From an uncultured Eubacteriales bacterium (lineage in GTDB: Bacteria; Acidobacteriota; Aminicenantia; Aminicenantales; Saccharicenantaceae), in contig CAZFZU010000002.1 in NCBI GenBank assembly GCA_964523615.1, positions 33,682 to 97,681 on the forward strand: 64,000 nucleotides of DNA, written 5' to 3'. The notes below the pieces were generated by a model, which was not told where the DNA came from, did no database searches, and saw only the letters and a list, made by a program, of their open reading frames with translations. Below are positions 16,333 to 25,365 of the stretch, one piece after another. Position 1 is the stretch's first letter. Every line of letters begins with the position of its first letter. Both the position numbers and the translations under genes were made by a program.

Positions 16333-16879
16333 GGGTCAGCGATATCTCCGTGATGAGCCGGCCGTCATCGCTCCGGGTCTCGCCGAAGACCTGGATGTCC
16401 TTGAAGCCGCGGCCCGCCAGACCGTCGATGAAGGCCAGCAGGTCCTCCAGGCTCCGCGAGGTCACCCGCAGGTTCATGGCCACGGCCCCGTCGGACTTGA
16501 AGCTCGGGGTCAGGGCCGTGAGGTAGCTGGGCCCCGGCAGGGCCTTCTCGAGCTCGGTCAGCAGCCCGGTCCAGGAGTAGGATTTCCTGAAGATGATGCC
16601 GTTGACGAGGTCGATGCGGGCCCGGTTGGTCCGCTCGGCCTGGCGGATATCGGCCGTCAGGCGCTTGTCCTCGCGGGCGGCCTCGTCCTGGGCCCGGGCG
16701 CTCTCGGCCCGGACGGCCCGGAGCCGCGAGGCCTCCGCGCCGTACTTGAGGAACGAGAATGCCGCCAGGGCGGCCGCGGCGACGGCCAGACCGGCCAGGA
16801 CGCGGACGGCCGCGGCGTAAAGGCGCCGGTTGCGGAGCGGCCGCGTGGCCAGGTTCAGGTCGAGCGCGCCGCCGCTCAT
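16316..16879 (-). CDS. pilN: PilN-like pilus assembly protein
   Basis: I chose the ATG at 16879 (MSGGALDLNLATRP, the conserved PilN-type N-terminal peptide). One transmembrane segment and a coiled coil. ATGA overlap with the pilM stop codon. Confidence 0.65.
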   Translation of the reverse strand: MSGGALDLNLATRPLRNRRLYAAAVRVLAGLAVAAAALAAFSFLKYGAEASRLRAVRAESARAQDEAAREDKRLTADIRQAERTNRARIDLVNGIIFRKSYSWTGLLTELEKALPGPSYLTALTPSFKSDGAVAMNLRVTSRSLEDLLAFIDGLAGRGFKDIQVFGETRSDDGRLITEISLTHERAL

Positions 16880-17808
16880 CGCTGCACCTGTCCCACGAGC
16901 GGGGCCAGGACGGCCCGGTGGGCCTCCGTCCAGACCTCGGGGGCGTCGTATTCGACGGGCATGACCGGCAGGGGGATCCGTTCCTTCAGCCGCGCGGCCA
17001 GGGCCGGCCATTCCGCGGCCAGGGACGATCGGAACCAGATCCGGTCGACGCCCGCCCGCTCCTTGTCCTCGAGGAAACGGAGGGTGTTCTCCGCTTCACG
17101 GACGATGGTCTCGGCCCGCTCGTCCGCGCCCGTCCCGGCGGGCGAGCCGACGTCCTTCTGGCGGTAGAGCGTCCAGCCGGCGCCGGACAGGGCCAGCAGG
17201 GTCAGCGTCTCCTCCTCGAGGTTGAGGAGCAGGCCGGAGGCCGGACCGCCGCGCCGGACGACGTTGGCCAGGGCCAGCGAGGGCGCGGTGACGGCCACGG
17301 GCCTGAGCCCGGCCTTCTCGAACAGGGCCTCGTACTCCCAGACGACGACCTGCCGGGCCATGGCCACGATGACCTGGCGGGGGCCCCGGCCGGCGGTGGC
17401 GGCGTAGTCGATCCGGGCGTCATCGGGGATGACCGGCATCATCTTGCCGACGCGCCAGCGGATGAAGGCGTCGCGCTCCTTGCCCGAGCCGGGGAAGGAG
17501 TCGACGTTCAGGACGAAGACCCGGACCGAGGCCTCGGGGACGAGCAGGGCGGCCGTCCCGGAGGACAGGCGGAGGCTCTTCTTGGCCTGGGCGATGGCCT
17601 CCTCGAGGGCGGCCGGGTCGGACACGTTGGGGCGGTCGAACGACGGGGCCACGGGGCGGGCGCGGAAGGGCAGGACGAAGCCGGCCTTGACCGAGCCGTC
17701 GGCCCGGGAGACGCGCAGGCCGCTGAGGTGGCCGGGGGCGACCTGGAAGACGGCGTCGGCGAGGAGGCGCTCCGTGTAGTGGTCCCGGATCCGTTCGGCG
17801 AGGCTCAC
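16876..17808 (-). CDS. pilM: PilM-like actin-fold pilus assembly protein
   Basis: 310 aa, cytoplasmic, GTG start 3 nt after the pilB stop codon. Position and size fit pilM. Sequence motifs are weak. Confidence 0.65.
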   Translation of the reverse strand: MSLAERIRDHYTERLLADAVFQVAPGHLSGLRVSRADGSVKAGFVLPFRARPVAPSFDRPNVSDPAALEEAIAQAKKSLRLSSGTAALLVPEASVRVFVLNVDSFPGSGKERDAFIRWRVGKMMPVIPDDARIDYAATAGRGPRQVIVAMARQVVVWEYEALFEKAGLRPVAVTAPSLALANVVRRGGPASGLLLNLEEETLTLLALSGAGWTLYRQKDVGSPAGTGADERAETIVREAENTLRFLEDKERAGVDRIWFRSSLAAEWPALAARLKERIPLPVMPVEYDAPEVWTEAHRAVLAPLVGQVQR

Positions 17809-17811
17809 GCG

Positions 17812-19440
17812 TCACTCCACGAAGGTCACTTTGTTGAGGTCCTTGAGCCCGGTCACCCCGGCCAGGACCTTGTCCATGCCGACCTGGCGCAGGAAGACCA
17901 TGCCTTCGGCCTTGGCCCGCTTCTTGACCTCGGACAGGGGCCGCTTCTCGAGGATGAGCTCGCGGATGGGATCGGAGAGCTCGAGGATCTCGGCGATGGC
18001 CGTCCGTCCCTGATAGCCGGTGAAATTGCAGTCGGCGCAGCCCTTGGGCTCGTAGAAGACGGTCTCGGCGTGGCGGGCCGGGTCGAGCCCCGACTCGGCC
18101 AGGACGGGGGGGGCGTAGCGGACGGGGACCTTGCAGACCGGGCAGAGGACCCGGACCAGCCGCTGGGCCAGGATGCAGTTGAGGGCCGAGATGAAGCTGT
18201 AGGGGTCGACCTGCATGTGCAGGAAGCGCCCGATGACGTCGAAGACGTTGTTGGCGTGGACCGTGGTGAAGACGAGATGGCCGGTCAGGGCCGACTGGAT
18301 GGCGATCTGGGCCGTCTCGGGGTCGCGGATCTCGCCGACCATGATCTTGTCCGGGTCGTGGCGGAGGATGGAGCGCAGGCCGCGGGCGAAGGTCAGGCCC
18401 TTCTTCTCGTTGACCGGGATCTGGGTGATGCCGTCGACCTGGTACTCGACGGGGTCCTCGATGGTCACGATCTTGTCCTCGGGCGAACGGATCTCGGTCA
18501 GGGCGGCGTAGAGCGAGGTCGTCTTGCCGCTGCCCGTCGGCCCCGTGACCAGGACCATGCCGTAGGGCTGGGCGATGTACTTGCGGAACTTCCGCAGGAT
18601 CTCGTCCGAGAAGCCCAGGACGTCGAGCCGGAGCTCGCGGATGGCCTGGGTGATCATCTCCTTGTCGAGGATGCGGATGACGGCGTCCTCGCCGTAGATG
18701 CAGGGCATGATGGAGACGCGGAAGTCGATGGTCTTGTCCTTGATCTTGAGCCGGAAGCGGCCGTCCTGGGGGACGCGGCGCTCGGCGATGTCGAGGTCGG
18801 ACATGACCTTGATGCGGGAGATGATGGGCGACTGGAACTTCTTGTCGATGGCCTCCATGGCCTCGCCGAGGACGCCGTCGATGCGGAACTTGATCTTGAC
18901 ATCGTCGTCCTTGGACTCGATGTGGACGTCGCTGGCCCGCTTCTGGACGGCCGTGAAGATGATGGTGTTGACGAGCTTGATGATCGAGCCGTCCTGGTCG
19001 GCCAGCTTCTCGATGGAGATGACGTCCTCTTCCTCGCCGCTCTCGCGCTCGACGACCTGGGTGACGAAGCCCTCGGTCGCGTCCCGCAGGACCTGCATGG
19101 CCGTCTCGCTCTTGCGCAGGGCCTCCAGGATGGCCCGCTTCGAGGCGGCGTAGACCTTGACCTTCCGGCCGAGGAAGGCCTCGACGGCGTCGATGGAGGC
19201 GATGTCGGAGGGATCGGCCACGGCGATCTTCATGACCCCGCCGGACTCGCCCAGGGGGACGAAGGACAGGCGATGGATGAACTCGACGGGAAAGGACTGG
19301 ATGAGCTCGCGGTCGAGGTGCTCGGCCTCGAGGTCGATGTAGGGCACGCGGTAGCGCTCGGCCAGGGCCCGGACGTCCCGGTCCTCGCCGCCCGCCGCGC
19401 CGCGTTCCCTGCTCACGTCTCTCGCCTCCCCCGCCCTCAC
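17812..19440 (-). CDS. pilB: Type IV pilus assembly ATPase (GspE/PilB family)
   Basis: N-terminal T2SSE_N-like region, Walker A GPTGSGKTT, Asp box, Walker B, and the tetracysteine CPVC...CADC. The GTG start overlaps the pilC stop codon (GTGA). Confidence 0.9.
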   Translation of the reverse strand: MRAGEARDVSRERGAAGGEDRDVRALAERYRVPYIDLEAEHLDRELIQSFPVEFIHRLSFVPLGESGGVMKIAVADPSDIASIDAVEAFLGRKVKVYAASKRAILEALRKSETAMQVLRDATEGFVTQVVERESGEEEDVISIEKLADQDGSIIKLVNTIIFTAVQKRASDVHIESKDDDVKIKFRIDGVLGEAMEAIDKKFQSPIISRIKVMSDLDIAERRVPQDGRFRLKIKDKTIDFRVSIMPCIYGEDAVIRILDKEMITQAIRELRLDVLGFSDEILRKFRKYIAQPYGMVLVTGPTGSGKTTSLYAALTEIRSPEDKIVTIEDPVEYQVDGITQIPVNEKKGLTFARGLRSILRHDPDKIMVGEIRDPETAQIAIQSALTGHLVFTTVHANNVFDVIGRFLHMQVDPYSFISALNCILAQRLVRVLCPVCKVPVRYAPPVLAESGLDPARHAETVFYEPKGCADCNFTGYQGRTAIAEILELSDPIRELILEKRPLSEVKKRAKAEGMVFLRQVGMDKVLAGVTGLKDLNKVTFVE

Positions 19441-20645
19441 CGGGCGATCCGGATGATGTTGAAGATCGGAATGTACACCGACAGGAGCATCGCCGCCACC
19501 ACCAGTCCCATCACGATGATGACCACGGGCTCGATGAGGGTGACCAGTGTCTCGATTTTACCACGAACCCTCTCGTCGTAGAAGTCGGCCATGTCGCCGA
19601 GCATGCCCTGGAGGTTGGCCGAGCTCTCGCCGATGCGGACCATGTCCAGGGCCAGGGGCGGGAAGGCGCCCGTCCCGGCCAGGGAGTCCGACAGCCCTTC
19701 GCCGTTGCGGATGTGGTCGGGGACGTCCGCCATGCGCCGGACCAGCCAGGCGTTGGGCACGGCCTGGATGGCGATGCCGATGGCCTGGATGAGGGAGATG
19801 CCGGCCTCGAGCAGCAGTCCTAGGGTCCGGCTGAAGAGGCTGACGCCCGACTCGTGCCAGACCGTCCGGCCGAACGGGACCTTGAGCTTGAGCCGGTCCG
19901 CGTGGTAGCGGAAGTCCGGGCGGCGCCTCAGGCGGAGGAAGGCCAGGACCGCCGCGGCCAGGAGCGCCGCGAAGACGAACCAGTAGCGGGACAGTCCGGT
20001 GGCCAGGCCCATGATGATCCGGGTGATCCGCGGCAGCTCGGTCGCGTAGCTCTGGTAGAACTCGGCGAACTTGGGGATGACGAAGTTGATGAGGATGCCG
20101 ACGAGAATGAAGGAGAAGACGATGAGGACCGTCGGGTAGGTCATGGCCGAGCGGATCCGGGCCCGGGTCTGGGTGACCATTTTGGTGTACTGGATGTAGC
20201 GGCCGAGCGAGGCCGCCAGGTTGCCGCCCTTCTCCCCGGCCATCAGGCTGGCCGTGTAGACCGGCGAGAAGACGGCCTCGTAGGGCTGGAAGGCCTCCGA
20301 CAGGGCCTTGCCCCGCTTGACCTCGGCGGCGACGTCGATGAGGATCTCGCGCAGATGGACGTTCTTGACCCGGCCGGAAATGGACTCGAGGCTCTTGAGG
20401 ATCGGGTAGCCGGCCTTGATCATGGCCACGAGCTCCTGGTTGAACAGGATGACGTCCCGGTCCTTGACCTTGCGCCCGATCTTCAGCCCCAGGTTGCCGA
20501 GCCGGTTCCAGTCCCTGTGGACGGATAGGACCAGGACGCCTTCGCCTTCGAAGGTCTTCCGGCACTCGGCCGCCGATTGGGCCAGGACGGACCGGCGTTG
20601 GACCCGGCCGTCCTCGCCGGCGAGCCGGCAGAGGTAGTACGGCAT
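19437..20645 (-). CDS. pilC: Type IV pilus inner-membrane platform protein (GspF/PilC family)
   Basis: 402 aa with two repeats of the GspF domain and three transmembrane blocks. The C-terminus LLSVYIPIFNI is typical. Confidence 0.9.
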   Translation of the reverse strand: MPYYLCRLAGEDGRVQRRSVLAQSAAECRKTFEGEGVLVLSVHRDWNRLGNLGLKIGRKVKDRDVILFNQELVAMIKAGYPILKSLESISGRVKNVHLREILIDVAAEVKRGKALSEAFQPYEAVFSPVYTASLMAGEKGGNLAASLGRYIQYTKMVTQTRARIRSAMTYPTVLIVFSFILVGILINFVIPKFAEFYQSYATELPRITRIIMGLATGLSRYWFVFAALLAAAVLAFLRLRRRPDFRYHADRLKLKVPFGRTVWHESGVSLFSRTLGLLLEAGISLIQAIGIAIQAVPNAWLVRRMADVPDHIRNGEGLSDSLAGTGAFPPLALDMVRIGESSANLQGMLGDMADFYDERVRGKIETLVTLIEPVVIIVMGLVVAAMLLSVYIPIFNIIRIAR

Positions 20646-20679
20646 TTTGGCGATTTTCCGCTAGATTTAGTCGGTCCTA

Positions 20680-20708
20680 ATCTATTCCAGGGCGCAAATA
20701 TTGTCAAT
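20680..20708 (-). promoter_or_regulatory. sigma70-like promoter of the pilC-led operon
   Basis: On the minus strand: TTGACA (20708-20703), 17-nt spacer, TAGATT (20685-20680). It lies about 35 nt upstream of the pilC ATG in an AT-rich island. Confidence 0.55.
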
Positions 20709-20812
20709 CGTCCGGTGGCCCGCCGCGCTCCCGCGGCGCCCCGCGGCCCGGCCCGGCCCGGAGGCCCCTGGCCGTATTGACAAACCGGGGCAGAAAGAAT
20801 AACTATGGGGCC

Positions 20813-21085
20813 GTGACGAGAAGCGCGAAGGCTTTTTCGGGGGCGCTGGCCGGGGTGGCCCTGATGCTCCTCAGCGGCGCCGGCGCCGCCCAGACCGGCC
20901 CCTCTCCCGCTGCGCAGGAACCGCCTCCCCAGGACGTCCAACGGCCCAGCTTCGACTACATGAGCACGTTCTTCCGCGGTACCGACCCGCTGGGCATCAA
21001 GGAAGACCCGGCGGCGCGGCGGATCCTCAACCAGGGTCCCGTGCCCTGGGCGGTCAGGGCCGGCTCCCGGCACATCCTCGACTAG
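20813..21085 (+). CDS. Small secreted protein of unknown function
   Basis: GC3-biased frame. The GTG at 20813 gives VTRSAKAFSGALAGVALMLLSGAGAAQ, a signal peptide. The track start (TTG at 20777) coincides with a TTGACA box, so I moved the start downstream. No recognisable family. Confidence 0.45.
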   Translation: MTRSAKAFSGALAGVALMLLSGAGAAQTGPSPAAQEPPPQDVQRPSFDYMSTFFRGTDPLGIKEDPAARRILNQGPVPWAVRAGSRHILD

Positions 21086-21121
21086 GGGTATTTTTTTTAT
21101 GGTCCGGATTCAATTTTTTGG

Positions 21122-23971
21122 ATGAAGATGAAGAAGTCCTACGCCCTCGTGCTCGCCGCGGCCCTGGTCCTGCTGGCCCTCGGCGCCGCCAACGTCGCCC
21201 GCAAGGCGACCTGGCGCGACGTCACCGACGGCATCACCTGGAAGGCCGCGGAGGGCGGCCTGCGGGCCATCCGGGTCGACCCCTCGAGCGAGGCCTTCCT
21301 CCGGGCCGGCATCCGCAAGGGGGACGTTCTCACGGCCATCAACAAGGTCCCCGTCCGGACGCAGACCGACGTCCTCCGCAGCCTGTGGCAGGCTGCGGCC
21401 ACCGACCAGAGCGTCACCTACCAGATCAGCAAGGAAGGGATGCAGATCTACCCGACCTTCTACCCCCGCAAGAAGGCCGTCAATCCCGTCTATTACTATC
21501 TCGTCGCCGTCGGCGTCATGACCCTGACCCTGGCCCTCATCGTCCTGTTCAACTCGCGGGGCCAGATGTCCCTGCCGTACGTCTTCTTCTACCTCCTGGC
21601 CCTGGCCTTTTCCGGCTTCATGATGCTCTCGCCGACGGGGGAGATGCGGGGCTTCGACCTGGCCTTCTACGGGCTCGACAAGCTGGGCTTCCTGGCCTTC
21701 CCCCCCCTGCTCCTGCATTTCTTCATGATCTTCCCCCTGCGCAAGGCCTTCCTCAAGCGCCGCTCCGACACGCTGCCGCTCCTGTACGCCCCGGCCGCGT
21801 TCCTCCTGCTGGCCCGCGTCCGCCTCCACCTCCCCTTCCCGGACGGGCGGACCGAGGCCTCCGTCCTGCGCATGCACGACGGCCTCGAACGCCTCGACCT
21901 CCTGCACTTCGCCGTCTTCGCCCTGGTCACCCTGGCCATCCTGGCCCACAGCACCCGCCGGGCCCCGAACGTCCTGGTCAAGAAGCAGCTGCGCATCATC
22001 GTCTACGGGCTGGGCTTCGGCGTCCTGCCGTTCACGGCTTTTTACGTCGTGCCATTCGTCCTCGGCGGGCGGCCGTCCTCGGGGGCCGAGCTGACGGTCC
22101 TCCTGCAGACGCTCATCCCCCTGGTCTTCTCCTACTCCATCTCCCGCTACCGGCTGGTCGACATCGAGGTCTTCCTCAAAAAAGCGGCCACGCTGACCTT
22201 CTCCTTCTTCGTCCTCGCGTCCGTCTATCTCTTCGTCAGCTCGCGGACCCGGCTGTTCTCGGAGAACCGGCTCAACGCCGTGGTCCTCGGCACGGTGGCC
22301 ATCGTCCTGGGGGCGACGCTGTTCACGCCGCTGAAACGCCTCTTCCAAGGGCTGCTCGACCGGGCCATCTATAAGAGGAGCTACGAGTACCGCAAGACGC
22401 TGCTCTCGATCACTCGCGACCTCAGCCGGGAGCGGGACCTGGAGAAGCTGGCCGCCTCCCTCCTCGAGGCCATCTCCAACGCCCTGAGCTTGAAGCGCCT
22501 GGCCCTCCTCCTGGCCGACGAGTCCGGCCGGATGTCCTTCCGGGTCCTCAAGGCCCGGGGGGACGGGCCGGACCTGCCCCGGGCGATCGAGCTCGACGAT
22601 TGGCTGGCCGCGGCGGTCCAGGGCCGCGATACCCTGGCCTTCGTCACGGCCTCGGAATCGGAGCCGGCCCGGGCCGCCTGGGAGCGCCTGGGCGAGCTCG
22701 GGTTCTCCCACATCCTGCCCCTCCGCATCGAGGACAAGGTCATCGGCTGCCTGGCCATGGGCCGGAAGGTGGACGGGTCCTTCCTGTCGCGCGAGGACTG
22801 GGAGCTGCTGACGACGATCTCCGGCTCGGCCGCCCTGGCCCTGGAGAACGCCGACCTGTACGGCCGCGAGACCGTCCGGGCCATGGAGATGCAGCGGCTC
22901 AAGGACTACAGCGAGAACATCATCGAGAGCCTGACCGTCGGGGTCTCGGTCGTCGACGAGCAGGGCGTCGTCACGGGCTGGAACCGGATCCTCGAGGACC
23001 AGGTCCTGGTCCGCCGGGAGGCGGCCCTGGGTCGCAAGCTGCGGGACGTCCTCGGTCCGGCCACCTACGAGGCCGTCTTCCCCCAGGAGGGCGAGCCCGA
23101 TTTCCGCCTCCTCAGCGAGATCGCCGTCGAGGTCGGCGGCGGCCAGAAGCGGGTCTTCGACATCGCCCGCACGCCGCTGTTCGACAACGCCCTGCGGGCC
23201 TACGGCACGATCATCGTCTTCGAGGACGTCACGGACAAGATCCGCCTCCAGCAGCAGCTGCTGACGTCGGAGAAGCTGGCCTCCATCGGCCTGCTCTCGG
23301 CCGGCGTGGCCCACGAGATCAACACCCCGCTGACGGGCATCTCGAGCTACATCCAGATGCTCCAGAAGAAGCTGGCCGACCCCCACTACGCCCAGATCCT
23401 GGAGAAGGTCGAGGCCCAGACGGACCGGGTGGCCAAGATCGTCAAGAACCTCCTGACCTTCGCCCGCAGCCCGTCGGACGCCTCCTTCCAGCGCGTCGAC
23501 CTCAAGCAGAGCCTGGAGGAGATCCTGTCGCTCATCGACTACAAGCTCAAGACCATGAACATCCGCCTGGCCCTCGACCTGGCGCCCGTCCCCGGCGTGT
23601 ACGCCCAGGGCGAGCGGCTCCAACAGGTCTTCATCAACGTCATCCTCAACGCCCTCGACGCCATGCCCAAGGGCGGCGAGCTGGGCATCCGCCTGGCCTC
23701 CGAGGACGGGGCCGCGGTCGTCCGCATCTCGGACACGGGCACGGGCATCCGGCCGGAGCACCTGTCGCGCATCTTCGATCCCTTCTTCACGACCAAGGGC
23801 GTCGGCAAGGGCACCGGGCTGGGGCTGTCGATCAGCTACGCCATCGTCAAGGAGCACGACGGCCACATCGAGGTCCACAGCGAGCCCGGGCGGGGCTCGA
23901 CCTTCACCATCACCCTGCCGGCGGGCCGCGACGGCTCGCGCGGCGCCGCGACGCCGGCCCCGAGGACGTGA
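21122..23971 (+). CDS. Sensor histidine kinase: periplasmic PDZ, polytopic membrane region, GAF, PAS, HisKA, HATPase
   Basis: PDZ-like segment (FLRAGIRKGDVLTAINKVPV), about 8 transmembrane segments, H-box HEINTPLTGI, N-box and G-boxes (DTGTGI, GTGLGLSISY). Confidence 0.9.
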   Translation: MKMKKSYALVLAAALVLLALGAANVARKATWRDVTDGITWKAAEGGLRAIRVDPSSEAFLRAGIRKGDVLTAINKVPVRTQTDVLRSLWQAAATDQSVTYQISKEGMQIYPTFYPRKKAVNPVYYYLVAVGVMTLTLALIVLFNSRGQMSLPYVFFYLLALAFSGFMMLSPTGEMRGFDLAFYGLDKLGFLAFPPLLLHFFMIFPLRKAFLKRRSDTLPLLYAPAAFLLLARVRLHLPFPDGRTEASVLRMHDGLERLDLLHFAVFALVTLAILAHSTRRAPNVLVKKQLRIIVYGLGFGVLPFTAFYVVPFVLGGRPSSGAELTVLLQTLIPLVFSYSISRYRLVDIEVFLKKAATLTFSFFVLASVYLFVSSRTRLFSENRLNAVVLGTVAIVLGATLFTPLKRLFQGLLDRAIYKRSYEYRKTLLSITRDLSRERDLEKLAASLLEAISNALSLKRLALLLADESGRMSFRVLKARGDGPDLPRAIELDDWLAAAVQGRDTLAFVTASESEPARAAWERLGELGFSHILPLRIEDKVIGCLAMGRKVDGSFLSREDWELLTTISGSAALALENADLYGRETVRAMEMQRLKDYSENIIESLTVGVSVVDEQGVVTGWNRILEDQVLVRREAALGRKLRDVLGPATYEAVFPQEGEPDFRLLSEIAVEVGGGQKRVFDIARTPLFDNALRAYGTIIVFEDVTDKIRLQQQLLTSEKLASIGLLSAGVAHEINTPLTGISSYIQMLQKKLADPHYAQILEKVEAQTDRVAKIVKNLLTFARSPSDASFQRVDLKQSLEEILSLIDYKLKTMNIRLALDLAPVPGVYAQGERLQQVFINVILNALDAMPKGGELGIRLASEDGAAVVRISDTGTGIRPEHLSRIFDPFFTTKGVGKGTGLGLSISYAIVKEHDGHIEVHSEPGRGSTFTITLPAGRDGSRGAATPAPRT

Positions 23972-23973
23972 CC

Positions 23974-25365
23974 ATGGACAGCAAGGGCATCATCCACATC
24001 ATCGACGACGAGCCGGTCATCCGCGACGTCCTGGGCCAGCTGCTGGCCTCGGAGGGCTACGAGGTCGAGCTCTCGGCCTCGGGCGAGGAGGCCCTGGAGA
24101 AGTACCCCTCCCGCTCGTTCGACACGACCCTGCTCGACCTGCTCATGCCGGGCCTGGACGGCCTCGAGGTCCTGCGGCGCATCAAGCGCGTCGATCCTCT
24201 GGCCCCGGTCATCATCATCACGGCCTACGGCTCTGTCGACTCGGCCATCCAGGCCATGAAGATCGGGGCCCTGGACTACGTCCAGAAGCCGTTCAAGCAC
24301 GACGACCTGCTCATGGCCCTCGAGAAGGCCGTCGAGCGCAAGCGCCTCCAGGACGAGAACGCCCGGCTCAAGGACGAGCTCCGCCAGCGCTTCGACTTCG
24401 CCCGCATCATCGGCAAGAGCGAGGCCATGCGCCGGGTCTTCGACCTCGTCCGGGCCGCCGCGCCGACGCGCAGCACCATCCTCCTCCAGGGCGAGAGCGG
24501 CACCGGCAAGGAGCTCGTGGCCCGGGCCATCCACTCCAGCTCGAACCGGGCCGAGGCCCCGTTCGTCACGGTCAACAGCGGCTCGCTGCCGCCCGATCTC
24601 CTCGAGAGCCACCTGTTCGGCCACGTCAAGGGCGCCTTCACCGGCGCCGTGGCCCTGAAGAAAGGGCTGTTCGAGGCGGCCGACAAGGGGACCATCTTCT
24701 TCGACGAGATCTCCTCCGTCAACCTGGAGACCCAGGCCAAGCTCCTGCGGGTCATGCAGGAGAAGGAGTTCATGCGCCTCGGCGGGACCCAGACGATCAA
24801 GGTCGACGTCCGCATCCTGGCCGCCACGAACACGGACATCGAGGAGCTCATCGCCCAGAAGACCTTCCGCAAGGACCTCTTCTACCGCCTCAACGTCATC
24901 AAGATCGAGATCCCGCCCCTGCGCGAGCGCAAGGAGGACATCCCCCCGCTCGTCCGCCACTTCGTCGAGGTCTACGCCCGGGAGAACCGCAAGGAGGTCG
25001 AGGGGGTCAGCGACGACGTCTACGGCATCCTCGACGCCCACTCCTGGCCGGGCAACGTCCGCGAGCTCGAGAACCTCGTCGAGCGGGCCGTCGTCCTGTC
25101 CCGCTCCAAGGTCATCACCCGGGACGCCCTGCCGCCGTTCCTGCTGCGCGAGGGGGCCGTCGACGACGAGGCCCTCATCGCCTCCGAGGAATCGCTGGAC
25201 CTGCGCGAGCGGACCCAGGCCTTCCAGAAGAAGGTCATCCTGGCCGCCCTGCGGAAGACGAAGGGCGTCCAGAACAAGGCCGCCCACCTTCTCGGGGTCA
25301 AGCCGACGACGCTCAACGAGATGATCAAGCGCCTGAAGATCGATACGGGCGCCTTCCCGTCCTAG
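23974..25365 (+). CDS. sigma54-dependent response regulator (NtrC/PilR type)
   Basis: Receiver domain (IIDDEP...LLDLLMPGLDG). AAA+ domain with GESGTGKE and the sigma54-contact motif GAFTGA. C-terminal Fis-type HTH. The ATG lies 3 nt after the kinase stop codon. Confidence 0.9.
   Translation: MDSKGIIHIIDDEPVIRDVLGQLLASEGYEVELSASGEEALEKYPSRSFDTTLLDLLMPGLDGLEVLRRIKRVDPLAPVIIITAYGSVDSAIQAMKIGALDYVQKPFKHDDLLMALEKAVERKRLQDENARLKDELRQRFDFARIIGKSEAMRRVFDLVRAAAPTRSTILLQGESGTGKELVARAIHSSSNRAEAPFVTVNSGSLPPDLLESHLFGHVKGAFTGAVALKKGLFEAADKGTIFFDEISSVNLETQAKLLRVMQEKEFMRLGGTQTIKVDVRILAATNTDIEELIAQKTFRKDLFYRLNVIKIEIPPLRERKEDIPPLVRHFVEVYARENRKEVEGVSDDVYGILDAHSWPGNVRELENLVERAVVLSRSKVITRDALPPFLLREGAVDDEALIASEESLDLRERTQAFQKKVILAALRKTKGVQNKAAHLLGVKPTTLNEMIKRLKIDTGAFPS

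Noticed and set aside
20709-20776. A GC-only simple-sequence stretch (CGGCC repeated, CCGCGG palindromes) between the divergent pilC and small-ORF promoters.
   Set aside because: It is short and imperfect, with no coding or structural signature. It is probably just spacer DNA between two promoters.
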